This document shows positions 11,687-23,551 of a DNA stretch of 64,000 nucleotides, piece after piece. The notes below the pieces were generated by a model, which saw nothing but the letters and a program-made list of their open reading frames with translations, was not told where the DNA came from and did not search any database. The position numbers were made by a program, and so were the translations under genes. Location: positions 755,530 through 819,529 of the forward strand of contig MU004238.1 in the NCBI GenBank assembly GCA_010405405.1, in the 5' to 3' direction. Position 1 is the stretch's first letter; every line of letters starts with the position of its first letter. Origin of the DNA: Microthyrium microscopicum. Its lineage: Eukaryota.

Positions 11687-13546
11687 TTATACAAGGACAT
11701 AGAAGGAACACATCTAAGTCATCTCATTAGTAATTTGTGACGAAAGCTTGAAGAGGGCGTACCATGGAGAGTCCAAGTATCATGGAGCACCAAAACAGCA
11801 CATTCTGTAGAGCGTCAGTATCGTAGTCCAAAAGCGAATTGCAAACCTTACATTCAAGAGAGTTCTTCCCCTGAGCCACCTGCTTCTTTGAACTAATACT
11901 ATTGGCATCTGCATCATCATCATGAAGAACCCGTATCCTCTGAGCTTCTTCGTGATGCAGCCCATTACCAACTCATGCGCCAGTGCTGATATCAGAAAAG
12001 TAATGAAGGTTGCAAATGGACGCGACATGTGTCCACGAGAGGCGCTGTACACATGTCGTAAGAAGAAATGGTGGACGGGAATGTTCCATTCTCGAGAGAA
12101 CTCTAGCCAGTCACAGGAATTCCACCAATCAGAGTAGAAATGGCGGTCAGCAAAACCTTGGTATTGTTAGATCGTGCCCATCAGCCAATGATCAAAGAAA
12201 GACTTACATGTGAGTTCGGCGAAAGCACCACAGAGGTATTCAAATATTACTAGAAACACTAGGAGGAAGGATATCATGAAAGGGAACAGGAGACGGCTGG
12301 TCGATTCAGCAAGGACTAGAGCGAAATCCGATAGTTGAGTTGCTGCACGTATGCGAGGTTGTAGTTCTTGCAGCACCGGTATTATGAATTCTTCGCTCGT
12401 AATGGCGAGAAGGAAGATGCAGCCAAAGACGGCCAAGCTTTTGTAAAAGAGCTCCAGCCAGTCGATGCCATCAGTTCGTGGATATTCCAGTTCGTAGCAG
12501 AGAGTGGGACAAAAGAGGAAATCGGTGAAGTTGTTGATTGTAAGGTTGGCTGGATAAGTCACCTTGCCCATAGGGGAGACGAGTTCCAAGGCCAAGTCGT
12601 CACGCAGATGGTTGATGGAATCGTTGTTGTCTTCAGACTCAGAGTCAGAATCTTGAGGGATCTCTCCAAGTCGGGATTGAGCGCTTGGATAGCGGCGAAC
12701 GGCTGCTTTGGAGGCGGTTTCTGGCTTGTCAAGAGCATGAAGTCTACGACGTGTCTCTGAGAGATGGCCATTGTAGAACCTAGATTTATCAGCTTGAATC
12801 GATATCATGGTCATTGGTATAGATAGCTTACGCATAAGAATGCATCTTCATCGAGAGAGCAAGAGTGTGTAACGTAAAAAACACTTGAGCAGTCCAGGTC
12901 CAGGTGCGAAGAAATGGCCATCTAATCCAAAAATAAAGCCAACAGGCCTGGAATATAGATTGAATTGCCATTCCAGTATAATGCCATCGAAAGAGACTAC
13001 TGCTTTTCATGTACATCAAATGTAGTGGAAGACACAGAAATGTGCTTGCGCCCATGAGCAATTCGCTCAAAGCTAGTTCATAGATGTTCTCTGTTAGTAT
13101 AGCCCATTGACTTAGGATCAATGGTGCGCCATTCTCTCGTAGATTTCTCAACATGGTCGTAATGACCATGATAGTCAAGGCTACCCAGAACAGGACAAAG
13201 AAGCCCCGAAAGTCACGATAGTCCGACTTTGGGTCGAAATGAGAGACACGCGCAGCATATTCGATGGTTGGAAACATCCGATGCTTATTGGCAGCTCTTT
13301 TCTGCTTCCTAGCTGAGAAGGTTGCCTTTACAGATGGCGGCGCATCTGAGGGCACTGGTGTTGACGTTCCACTATCACGCATTAGTCGTAATTCCTGGCA
13401 AAGGCTTGATTGAAATACCTAGAACGACCAGACTCAGCGCGAGGATCATTGACAGCCAAATGGTCTTCGTGAGCGCTGGTTCTATTGATTATAGACTTTT
13501 TGCCTGGCCGTCTGGCTCGAGGCTGTACTATCTCCGGCTGAGACAT
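11687..13546 (-). CDS. ARE2: Sterol O-acyltransferase (MBOAT family, ARE1/ARE2/ACAT)
   Basis: FRGFFVLFW, MKMHSYA, FLFCPTLCYELEYPR, FADRHFYSDWWN, WNIPVHHF, ISALAHE; multi-exon; last exon MCSFYVLV* ends at 11687. Confidence 0.92.
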
Positions 13547-14274
13547 GGTAGTGTTATTCGATAAGGCTGAAATTTGAAACAATGGAGAAAAGTTGAGATG
13601 GCGTTAGCAGTTTACAGCTGCCACATTCTGGTGTTTGACATATATGCTGAGTCCTCAGCTCTTTTTCGCGATAGTGAATGGCGGATGATGTCAAAGTATC
13701 AAGGCAACAGAGTTTGCCCCTTTTACCAACTTTAGGACCCTGGCAAGTAAAGGGGTAGGTTTGGAAAGGGAAAATAGATCGAGTCTACGCTGAAAACGCT
13801 GTCAGTGATGCTTGATGGAGTACCTAGAGATAGGAAGAAGAGATGGCAATGGAGGTTCTACATTGTACAAAAGCTTCACGTTGCTCTTCGAAGCGAAACC
13901 CAATTGAAGATAGGGAGGCGTTTATGGCGTTCCTTCTCAACAAGGTAAGAAACCAGATCAAAGCTCCTGCATAATTGGAAGAATAATAATGGCGCTTATC
14001 GGTCAAACTGCGGGTTGGTGGGCAGCCACGCGCTTACCTCTTCCGCTGCCGCTTTTGAATTGCTACAAGTTGGCTCACGGTCATCTTGTGCGGTCTCGCA
14101 ATATCAACCTCGCCATACCAATTACTTCTTTTTTGTTTTTGCTTTATAGACGAGTCGTGTCAATCGATGATGCTCCAGCTTGACACATCTGCGTCTGTCT
14201 AGTCTTGTATTTGCGCATTACTTTCCGGGCAACTTTCCTCAAGGCCCCCGAGTTGGGCCTGGAAGTGGGACATA

Positions 14275-17082
14275 ATGAGTTCACGTAAATATCTCTCTTC
14301 TTGGTGGCAACGCTGTAGCTAACGTCGCTGTCAAAAGTCAAGCAGTTCATTCGAAATGTTCGCGCCGCCAAAACAATCGCCGACGAGCGCGCCGTCGTCC
14401 AGAAAGAGAGTGCCGCCATCCGTTCTAGCTTCAGGGAAGAAAGTCACGACTCCAACGTTCGGTACGATTTCTCAATAACAATGGGTACGGATTGGCATGT
14501 CTGACAGTCCATCTAGGCGGAACAATGTCGCTAAACTCCTCTACCTTTTCACACTCGGCGAGAGAACACATTTTGGCCAAATCGAATGCTTAAAGTTGTT
14601 GGCGTCTCCCAAGTTTGCCGACAAGCGATTGGGCTACTTGGGAACTATGCTTCTGCTAGATGAGAATCAAGAGGTTTTGACGCTTGTTACAAACTCCCTC
14701 AAAAAGTATGCCATTATTCATACTCGCATCGGGTTTTGGCTAACTTAGGCAGTGACCTGAATCACTCGAACCAATACATTGTTGGACTAGCCTTGGTGAC
14801 GCTTGGAAACATCGCCTCCGTAGAAATGTCTCGAGATTTATTCCCCGAAGTCGAAACCATATTATCGAGTTCGAATCCTTATATTCGCCGGAAAGCTGCG
14901 TTATGCGCTATGCGAATCTGCCGTAAGGTTCCCGACTTGCAGGAACACTTTTTGGACAAGGCCAAACTTCTACTCAACGACCGGAACCATGGTGTATTAC
15001 TTTGCGGCTTGACACTGGTCACAAATCTCTGCGAGGCTGATGAGGCTGAAGACTACGAGCTTGGAGTGATTGAAACGTTCCGACCAGTGGTCCCGTCTAT
15101 GGTCAAGGTTCTCAAAAGTCTAGCCAACTCGGGCTACACACCGGAGCACGATGTCAATGGTATCGCAGACCCATTCGTCCAAACCAAGATTCTGAGACTA
15201 CTCCGAAGTCTTGCCAGGGGTGACCCAGAAACCAGTGAATTAATCAATGATATTCTCGCTCAGGTATAGTAATTTTCGGAACTATCAAGTATTTTGTTAA
15301 CAATTAATAGGTTGCCACCAACACAGATGGCTCCAAGAACGTCGGCAACTCCATACTTTACGAGTCAGTCCTGACTATCCTAGATATTGAGGCCGACTCA
15401 GCTCTTAGAGTGCTCGGTGTGAATATTCTAGGCAAATTTCTAACGAACAAAGACAACAACATTCGATACGTAGCACTAAACACATTGGTGAAGGTCGTCG
15501 CTATTGAGCCAGCGGCCGTACAACGACATCGCAACACGATTCTCGACTGTCTCAGAGATCCTGACATCAGCATTAGGAGGCGAGCACTAGATCTGAGCTT
15601 CACTTTAATCAATGAGAGCAACATCAGAGTGCTAGTCCGAGAGCTACTTGCTTTCTTGGAGATTGCCGACAATGAGTTCAAACCGAACATGACCACGCAA
15701 ATTGGTATTGCAGCGGATCGATATGCGCCTAGCAAACGGTGGCACATTGACACCATGCTACGGGTGCTCAAGCTGGTAAGTACCTTTCAACATCTGAATC
15801 AAAAGCAAATGCTGACAAATTTAGGCCGGTACCTATGTCAAAGAGCAGATCTTATCATCATTTGTTCGACTCATCGCTACCAACCCAGACCAGCAAACTT
15901 ATTCTGTCAAGAAGCTATATGCTGCACTAAATGATGATATCACTCAAGAAGGTCTTACACTTGCCGCGACCTGGGTAATTGGCGAGTTTGCGGACAATCT
16001 TTTACGAGGTACTGATGCTCAAGAGCAAGACCTCGTTCAAAATGTACAAGAAAGCGACATTGTCGATCTGTTCACCAACATCCTCAACAGCAGCTACTCC
16101 GGTCAAATCGCGACCCAGTATATCATAACTTCCCTCATGAAGCTATCCTCTCGTCTCCAAGACCCTGCTCAAATCGAACGGATACGACGTCTTCTCCAAA
16201 ATAATCAAACAAACCTCGACGTTGAAATCCAGCAACGAGCCGTTGAATACACCAATCTCTTCGGCTACGATCAAATCCGGCGCGGCGTTCTTGAAAAAAT
16301 GCCACCTCCCGAGATCCGCGAAGAGCAACGCGTCCTCGGCGAAGCATCAAAGAAACACTCGACGCCCAAGGGCAAGAAGCCAAAGCAAATAACAGAACAA
16401 GACATGCTCCTCGACATCATGGGCGGCGACGAACCCTCTGCGCCTGCCAACCCTACCAACGGCTCTCAAAACAACGCCGACCTCCTTATGGACCTCTTTG
16501 GCGACCAGCCTACATCTACTCCCGCCGCCGCCGCACCAGCCGCCCGCTCAAACGTTGACGCCATCATGGGTCTCTACGGCGGGAACACTGGCGCGCCAGC
16601 ACCAGCAGCCTCCAACGACCTCCTATCCGGCCTTGGCGACACATCCTCTCCACCACCATCCGCAGCCGGCGTGCGCTCTCCACCTCCAATGGCAATGCAC
16701 CAAGCATACAACAAGAACGGCCTACAAATCGGCTTCCAGATTCAACGTAATGCGCAAGCCGTACTAACACTTGCGCGCTTCCGGAACGCAGGCAATGCAC
16801 CACTCAGCAATGTGTCGCTGTCAGCGGCGGTGCCAAAGGTACAAAAGTTGCAGTTGCAAGCGATTAGCACGTCGGAGTTGGGGCCTGGGGCGGAGGCGAC
16901 GCAGCAGTTGCGTGTGGTCAGTGCAGCCGGAGGAGTAAGTTATATGTCTTTTGGTGTGATAGAGTCTGGACTAACAATGTGCGTAGGCGCCGCCGGCCAA
17001 GTTGAGGTTGAGGCTGAAGATTGGGTACTCGGGCGAGGGAGGCGTGGTGAATGAACAGGTGGATTGGTCGGAACCTGTGTAG
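14275..17082 (+). CDS. APL4: AP-1 adaptor complex gamma subunit (gamma-adaptin)
   Basis: [65 protein letters not shown]-terminal GAE ear domain; ~6 introns. Confidence 0.95.
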
Positions 17083-17782
17083 ATGTTGTAGGTTTTAGCA
17101 TGCAAAATTCAATCAAGAAGGATTTATGAGCGTATCCTTGCGTCAGATCTTAATAGTGTCTATCTACTGGTGGCCAAAATAGCTTGCGCGCCTCGTTGCA
17201 ACTTTGATAGCTCCTATCTGCTACCCTTGGCCAACGACGACTTTATGGCTCATCAACAAGTATAAGGGTGTAGACTATTGGGCTGATCATTGACTACAAG
17301 GGGATAATGGTTGTGTCCTCATCGCAGTGGATGCTGATGGACATTGTAGACGAGACGCGCTATTTATCTTCTTCACTGATTGTTGGTCTTCAACAATACT
17401 GGAAGCACAGTCAATAATTGATCACACATGAGCACTGGAAAGTCAAAGGTTTTAAGTTACATCATCTATCATTCGCTCTGATGTCTAAGTCTGTCTGTCT
17501 GTCTGTCTATCCACTAGCGAGCTCTATAGCAACCGCAACAAACAACTAAATGTGATATCAAAGACAATCGGAACCCAAAACACCTTTTTGTCCGTCTATC
17601 GTAACAGATGGAAACACAATACGCAGACCCAAACCCTCTGAACAAAAAAAGAACAAGCCCATGGCGAATGCTTCTGATTGTGGGTTGAAAAAGGCCAAAA
17701 ATAAGAATAATCATTTGCTGCATCGTAAAAATTTCTCCGACTTTTTGTTTCGTTACCGTTTTTCGTTCCAAGCCACAGTCGT

Positions 17783-20700
17783 TTACTCATCCTCGTCGCT
17801 GAAGACCTCCTCACCACGCTTGCGGCGGGCCATGCGGTCCTTGCGCTTCTTGCGGAGCTCGGAAGAATTGAGCTTCTTCTTTTTCTTGATGTCGAGCTTG
17901 TTGCCCATAGCATCGAACTGATCTTCTTCTTCGCCCTCCTTCTTGTCGAGACGAGGACCAGCACCTTGACCTTGAACCCACTATATAGTATGTTAGCAAT
18001 TGTAGATTCAAAAAAAAGTATGCATAAACTTACGTTGTGACCACTTGGGCTCATCTTTCCGTCTACGACGGACCAAACTTCGCTTGTAATTTCCTTTGTG
18101 AATTCTGCCGAATGGGAAATAATCACAACACCACCCTCGAACGCCTTGAGAGCCTTGGACAAGGCACCGAGGGAATCCCGATCCAAGTAATTGGTCGGCT
18201 CGTCAAGGACGATAACGTGAGGCCGTAGCCACGAACCGGCAGCAAGGACGACCTTGACACGCTGACCTCCAGAGAGACCACGCATCCGCGAGTGGGAGAT
18301 GAGCTCGGCATCGAGGCCGAAGAGAGCACCGTGAGCCTCAATCTCACGACGGACAAGAGGGCGGAATTGACCGCTAGCGAGGGCCTCCTTTTGATCAACA
18401 TCGGCGACCATCTTTGCATGGGAACCGGTGAGATCGGAACGTGGGAGCCAGAGATTGTCGGCGCTCATCATTGGAGTCCATCTCTCGTTCTTTAGGCCAA
18501 CGTTCTCACCAAGGGCGAAGGAGCACTCATACTCGTAGGAGTTCTTGAACTTTCTCCGCGAGGAAATGCCGATGACACGACGTTGGGTATCCTGGAGGTG
18601 GAAGATCTTGTCCATGGCCTTCTCGTCTTCCTCGGTGATGATCTTATTGGCGCGATCCATGGTTTCACGATCCTCACCAGTCTGGTAGCGCCACTGGATG
18701 TACTCGGATGGAGTTTTGTCCAAATGATGATCGATATGGGCGAATGCGTGTTGCTTAACGTAAGCAATACGGATATTCTCGTGCTGGTAAATCGTACCCT
18801 TGGTAGCGATGAGATCACCACACAGAACGTTCACAAGTGTTGATTTGCCGGCACCATTTGGTCCAATAACGGCGATACGAGACCCAAGAGATACTTGGAA
18901 GGTAATTCCAGAAATCTGAGGCTTGCTTGTTCCTGGGTATTGGAATTCCATGTCAGTGACACGGCAGATGGCCTTGGCCTTTGTCTTGACACCTTCCAAG
19001 AAACCCGGATCGGGGAATTGGAACTCCATGTCGGTAGCTGACAATTCGTAGTAAGAGCGAGCTGATGGCACCTTCTTAACGAACTCGGTGATATTTCCAC
19101 GATAGCGCTTGAGCTTGAAGCGCTCGTAGTGAATAACATTTTGTACGACGTTGTCTAGAAACTTGACGTCGTGAGAAATGATCAGCGACGTACATGGCGA
19201 GGTGATCAGGTAGTTTTCCAACCAAGCAACGTTCTTCACGTCCAAATGATTGGTTGGTTCGTCGAGAAGGAGGATATCAGGCTTCTCGAAAACGGCACGA
19301 GCCAAGGCAAGCTTCATCTTCCAACCACCAGAGAGAGCAGTGATTGGGTCCGCAGTTTGTGCTTCAGTGAAGCCGAACTCGAGGAGCTGTTTCTCGACAT
19401 CCGTTTGCGATGTAGTGATGCCCACCGATTCGAGCTTCTTCATGGTCCAGCCGATAACGGTCTGCTCAGTGTCGGCAGAGTCGAGATCGTGCTCGACGTA
19501 AACAGTCTTGACCTCGTTCTGCTTGGGGAAGCCTTCGACTTGTTCGTTGTTGATTGCGCGCATCAGTGTAGTCTTTCCAGAACCATTTGGTCCAAGAATT
19601 CCATACCGCACACCACGCTTGAGTCGGAGATGTGTCTGATTTAGGAGGATCTTGGCACCATAGGCCAGGTTGAAAGTGCAGTTGCACAGATCCTCGCCCT
19701 CCTCTTCGTCAGAAAGGACTTCATCCTCTTCAGTCAAACCAGGAAGGGAGCGTTTTCGGAGAGTGTCAGCAATGCCCTTGGCATCGTCACCAACCAGCAC
19801 AGAGAGGTATGGTTGGGTGCTGTTGACCCACGAAAATGTCTCGGTCTCTTTCTCGTCCACGAGCTGAGCACCGATGGCAGCGGTATACTCAAGAAGAGGA
19901 GCGAACTTGTCATTGATGACAGACTTGTGTTTGCTGGAAAGAATGTCCTTGAGGGTGGCGAGGACTGTTGCAACATCGCCGGCTTTGGAGAGCTCGGGAA
20001 TCTTGTCATCGTCCTTGACATCACCAACTCGTCGGAGAGTCTCGAGACCTTGCTTGGTCTTCTCGCGAGCCTCAGGATCAGCAAGGGTTTCGTAGTTTTT
20101 CTTCAAAGCTGGAATGAGTTTTGGCAAGAAAGAGGCGACGATCTGAGGATCTTCGACGAGCTTGCACATGTTGTCAACGATGACAGCTGCCTTACGCTTG
20201 ATAGCAGTGTCACGTTCACCAAGACCACGTTCGAGGAGAGGAACCATGAGAGCCAATGTTGGCTCGTGGACATCAGTAACGAAGGTGGTGGCACCGAGCA
20301 AATGAATGGTCTCAGGCACATTTTCTGGCTTGGCGACACATTTGATCAACTCAGGGATGAAGCGCTCGATATCCTTATTCTGGATCAAAGCGCAGACTTT
20401 TTCCATGGTGCCGTACGCGGCAGCCTTGACTTCCTTTTTGGTATCCCACATTGCCTCGGAGACAGCGGGGATAAGATCAGGAGTACGAAGGGCGACCTGG
20501 ATGGGTGATTTTGCAGAGATGACCTCGATAAACTTGAGGCAAGTTGCCTTCTCTTGCCATTTAGGCGCATTTCGAAGAGAGTTGATGACATGTGGTACAA
20601 TGGTCTTCACGGCATTGGCGTTGACAGCTTCGGCAATAGCCAAAGCGGCAGGCTCAGCAGCATTTTTGACGGGGGCTGCCTTATCGCCGACGAGGCTGAA

Positions 20701-21091
20701 AATAACAGGAAGAAGGCTGACAACGTATGGCTCGACAGCGGGAGAAAATGTGCTATGTGATGCAATAGCTTTGATGGCATCCAGAGCACGCTCGCGGGCA
20801 AGGGCGTCCTTTTTGTTGCTCATTTGAGTTTTTAGAGAGTCGAAGAGTCTGGTGGCGGTTAGCGATGTTGGTGCGATAAAGGTAAAAAATTCAAACTTAC
20901 TTGGTGGGAACATCGCCCTCTTCAATATCACCGTTGACAAAGGTTGCGAGAGAAAGAGATGACTCGCGGATTTCATCTTCGGCTTGAGAGACGTTCAATT
21001 TCTTGAGCATCTCCTCGATGGCCTTGACGGATGTGGCATTCTCCTTGGCCGAGCTGGCCGCGGATGGCTTGGCGTCAAGTGCTGGAGCCAT
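17783..21091 (-). CDS. YEF3: Translation elongation factor eEF3 (HEAT repeats plus two ABC domains and chromodomain insert)
   Basis: Walker A GPNGSGKT and GPNGAGKS, signatures LSGGWKM and [18 protein letters not shown], basic C-terminus ending VFSDEDE*; introns ~20853-20899 and ~17981-18033; strong codon bias. Confidence 0.97.
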
Positions 21092-23551
21092 TATTTTTTT
21101 AGTGAAGTAGGTTGTGATTTGGTAAAAGGAAGAGGTGATCTGTGTCGAAATTGAGGCCTACAGGATGTTGAGCTCTCTGTTGGTGGGCGATGACCGGTAG
21201 GACCGAGTCAAGGAGAGCAAAGGGGCAGACCAGCGCTCGCAAAGGCGCGCACAGAAAAGGTAAAAAATCTGAAGGATAGAGGATTGCCAGTTGACTTGAA
21301 GGCAGAGGCAGAGATGCAGATGTGCAGAGGAGGATGAGGGTGGGTGGGTGTAAGAAGGATGCGGAGTGGGCGATGGTGTTAAATAATAAAATAAATTTTC
21401 TGAGGGACGCGCTAAAAACCCGAAAGGCAAGGGTGGGAAGGTGCGGTTTCCGTCTTAATATTACCCAAGGTTCACTGACCCGCTAAGCCCACTGCTCTTT
21501 CCCAAGAGGTTGAAGAGTACTTTCCGCACCTAAATCAGAGGTTACTATCAAGTATAGATCTGGAAGGAGCCGACAACAAAAATGGCAGCTTTAGCTCTCG
21601 AGAAGATCTACTTGAGGCACTTGGTGATAGGCAAATTGCCCCTCTACAAGCCCAACTAAAACTAAAAAATTGGAGTTGAGGTTGACCCCGCCACATGGAA
21701 TTGTTGATAGGGTACCACTTATCGATTGGCGTAAACGCCACCCTCTTTAACCCACTATCTACCTTTCTCACCCTTTAAGAGGTTTTCTTTGTATGTTTCT
21801 ATACCAAAAGTGAAATTTCGCTTTGTAGTTGAGGTAGTCGCTAGTTACCAGACTAGTACAAGCCGTGAATTTAAGGGCAGTGAAATTACGGGGTACCTCA
21901 AGCATGCATTCACCATGGGCTCACTAAGCCCATCTGCATATGGCCTCTGCCATTTTCGAGCTTCGATTGCCAATCAAGGAATATTACCTAGAATACCATC
22001 TGATCTTTAGATGTAAAGTCAAAACTACCTTATCTCGAAAAAATCCAGCCGATTCGTCAGGCTCGCCGATTACCCCGAGGGTATCCCACACTTGCCGTTC
22101 TCCCAAAGCTGTCGTGGTTTTGAGCTTTGAAGAGAAGCGGTGAAAGAAAGCCTACGGCGATCGCTTGGTCGAGAACAACCTGTCAGACCCTGGAAATCAC
22201 TGTACAGATTTCGCTGGTCAGAGGCATTCTTCGTCAAGTAATATTTCGTAAGTCCATAAACTGGTTCATCTGATCTGTTACACAACAGACCAGGCGATTT
22301 GTTGGCTCCCAATAGAACTTAGTTGGAGACTGTCGCCCATGTGCGCTGACATTTATATTTGGAGTTTGGCGTTACCATCATACTCCCATAATATATCTTG
22401 AGCCTCTTACTTTTGACAACACCAGGGGCCTTGACTTAGAAGCATTCTAATAATATATTCTATTATCTCAAGCCTGATTGCTTCTGGGTCTGCCCTATTA
22501 TAGAGGACATTCTTCATATTATTTCTTGGATTGTAGATCGATATCAGATGGAGGAATCTTGTGCAGTCCCGACTTACAGTAGCTTGCGGCTCAATTAAAA
22601 AAGCGGTCCAGCTTCCCGTAAATGCCCAGGATCTTAACAGCACAAGCCTGCCAGGTGTGGACCTGCACTAAAGTATCATTGATTCTGGAATTCTCATGCA
22701 TGATGCTGGTACCGAAACCATGAAGATCTCGCAGAGAACCAAAATATCTGCTATGTCCTTTAGCAATAATCGTTTTGAGTTCGGTTTCTTGAGCACAAAA
22801 CTCTCACTTGATGTTGGACACGCAATTCTAGTAATTTAAAGCTACGCAATCCTATAGTTGTTAGGCGAGAACGGGAGTTTCAGGAGATGAAGTTACCACA
22901 CCAATACACTAGCGCCTTTATATCTCGAATCCAGAACCGGGGGATCTGTAGGCGCTAAGATGTACCCGATATGTACCAAACATTTGAAGTAACTAATTCA
23001 AGGCGGAATCCTTCCAGGTTCTGAACTTGCGCCGAGAAGTGCCCAGAACACTGCAGATGTAGGTATTCACCATGTCAAATGCAACTGTAGTCTTTTCACT
23101 TTTTCTTCACCTGATACGAAATGAACTCCAAAGGCCAAAACAAGAGTTACCAGAACCCGGCTCCAACAGTCATGAAATTTTCTCGGCTCCTTGGATGCCC
23201 TGTCCATTTACTATACTAGCCTAACTGTAACAACGTTCGCTAGCGACAAACCGCCATGTTATGCCTGCACGTGGGAGCATCAAGACACAACAGACGTTGA
23301 TATAAGCAATCTTTTAGGATTTGCCGCTACCAGCTAATATCTAGTCAATCACTTACTTTTCCCCATGGGGTATTCTTCCCCACATGGACGTGGCTTGGAG
23401 CACACCAAAGAAAGGGTTACTCCGCCTGCATGAACGCTGTGTATGTGCGTTTCACACAGCTGCTAGATAGGTAGATTGGTCACTGCACATTTGTAGTAGC
23501 TTTTGGCACGAATTATAGATAAGAACTGCGGATATCCAAAACTCAATATAT

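Noticed and set aside
17489..17510. (GTCT)n microsatellite downstream of eEF3
   Set aside because: Very short simple repeat with no evident significance.
18037..20827. Multiple long + strand ORFs over eEF3
   Set aside because: Antisense open frames expected from strong codon bias of a highly expressed gene.
21100..23550. Telomerase RNA or transposon in the long spacer
   Set aside because: No TAACCCTAA-type template, terminal repeats or transposase/RT remnants seen by eye.
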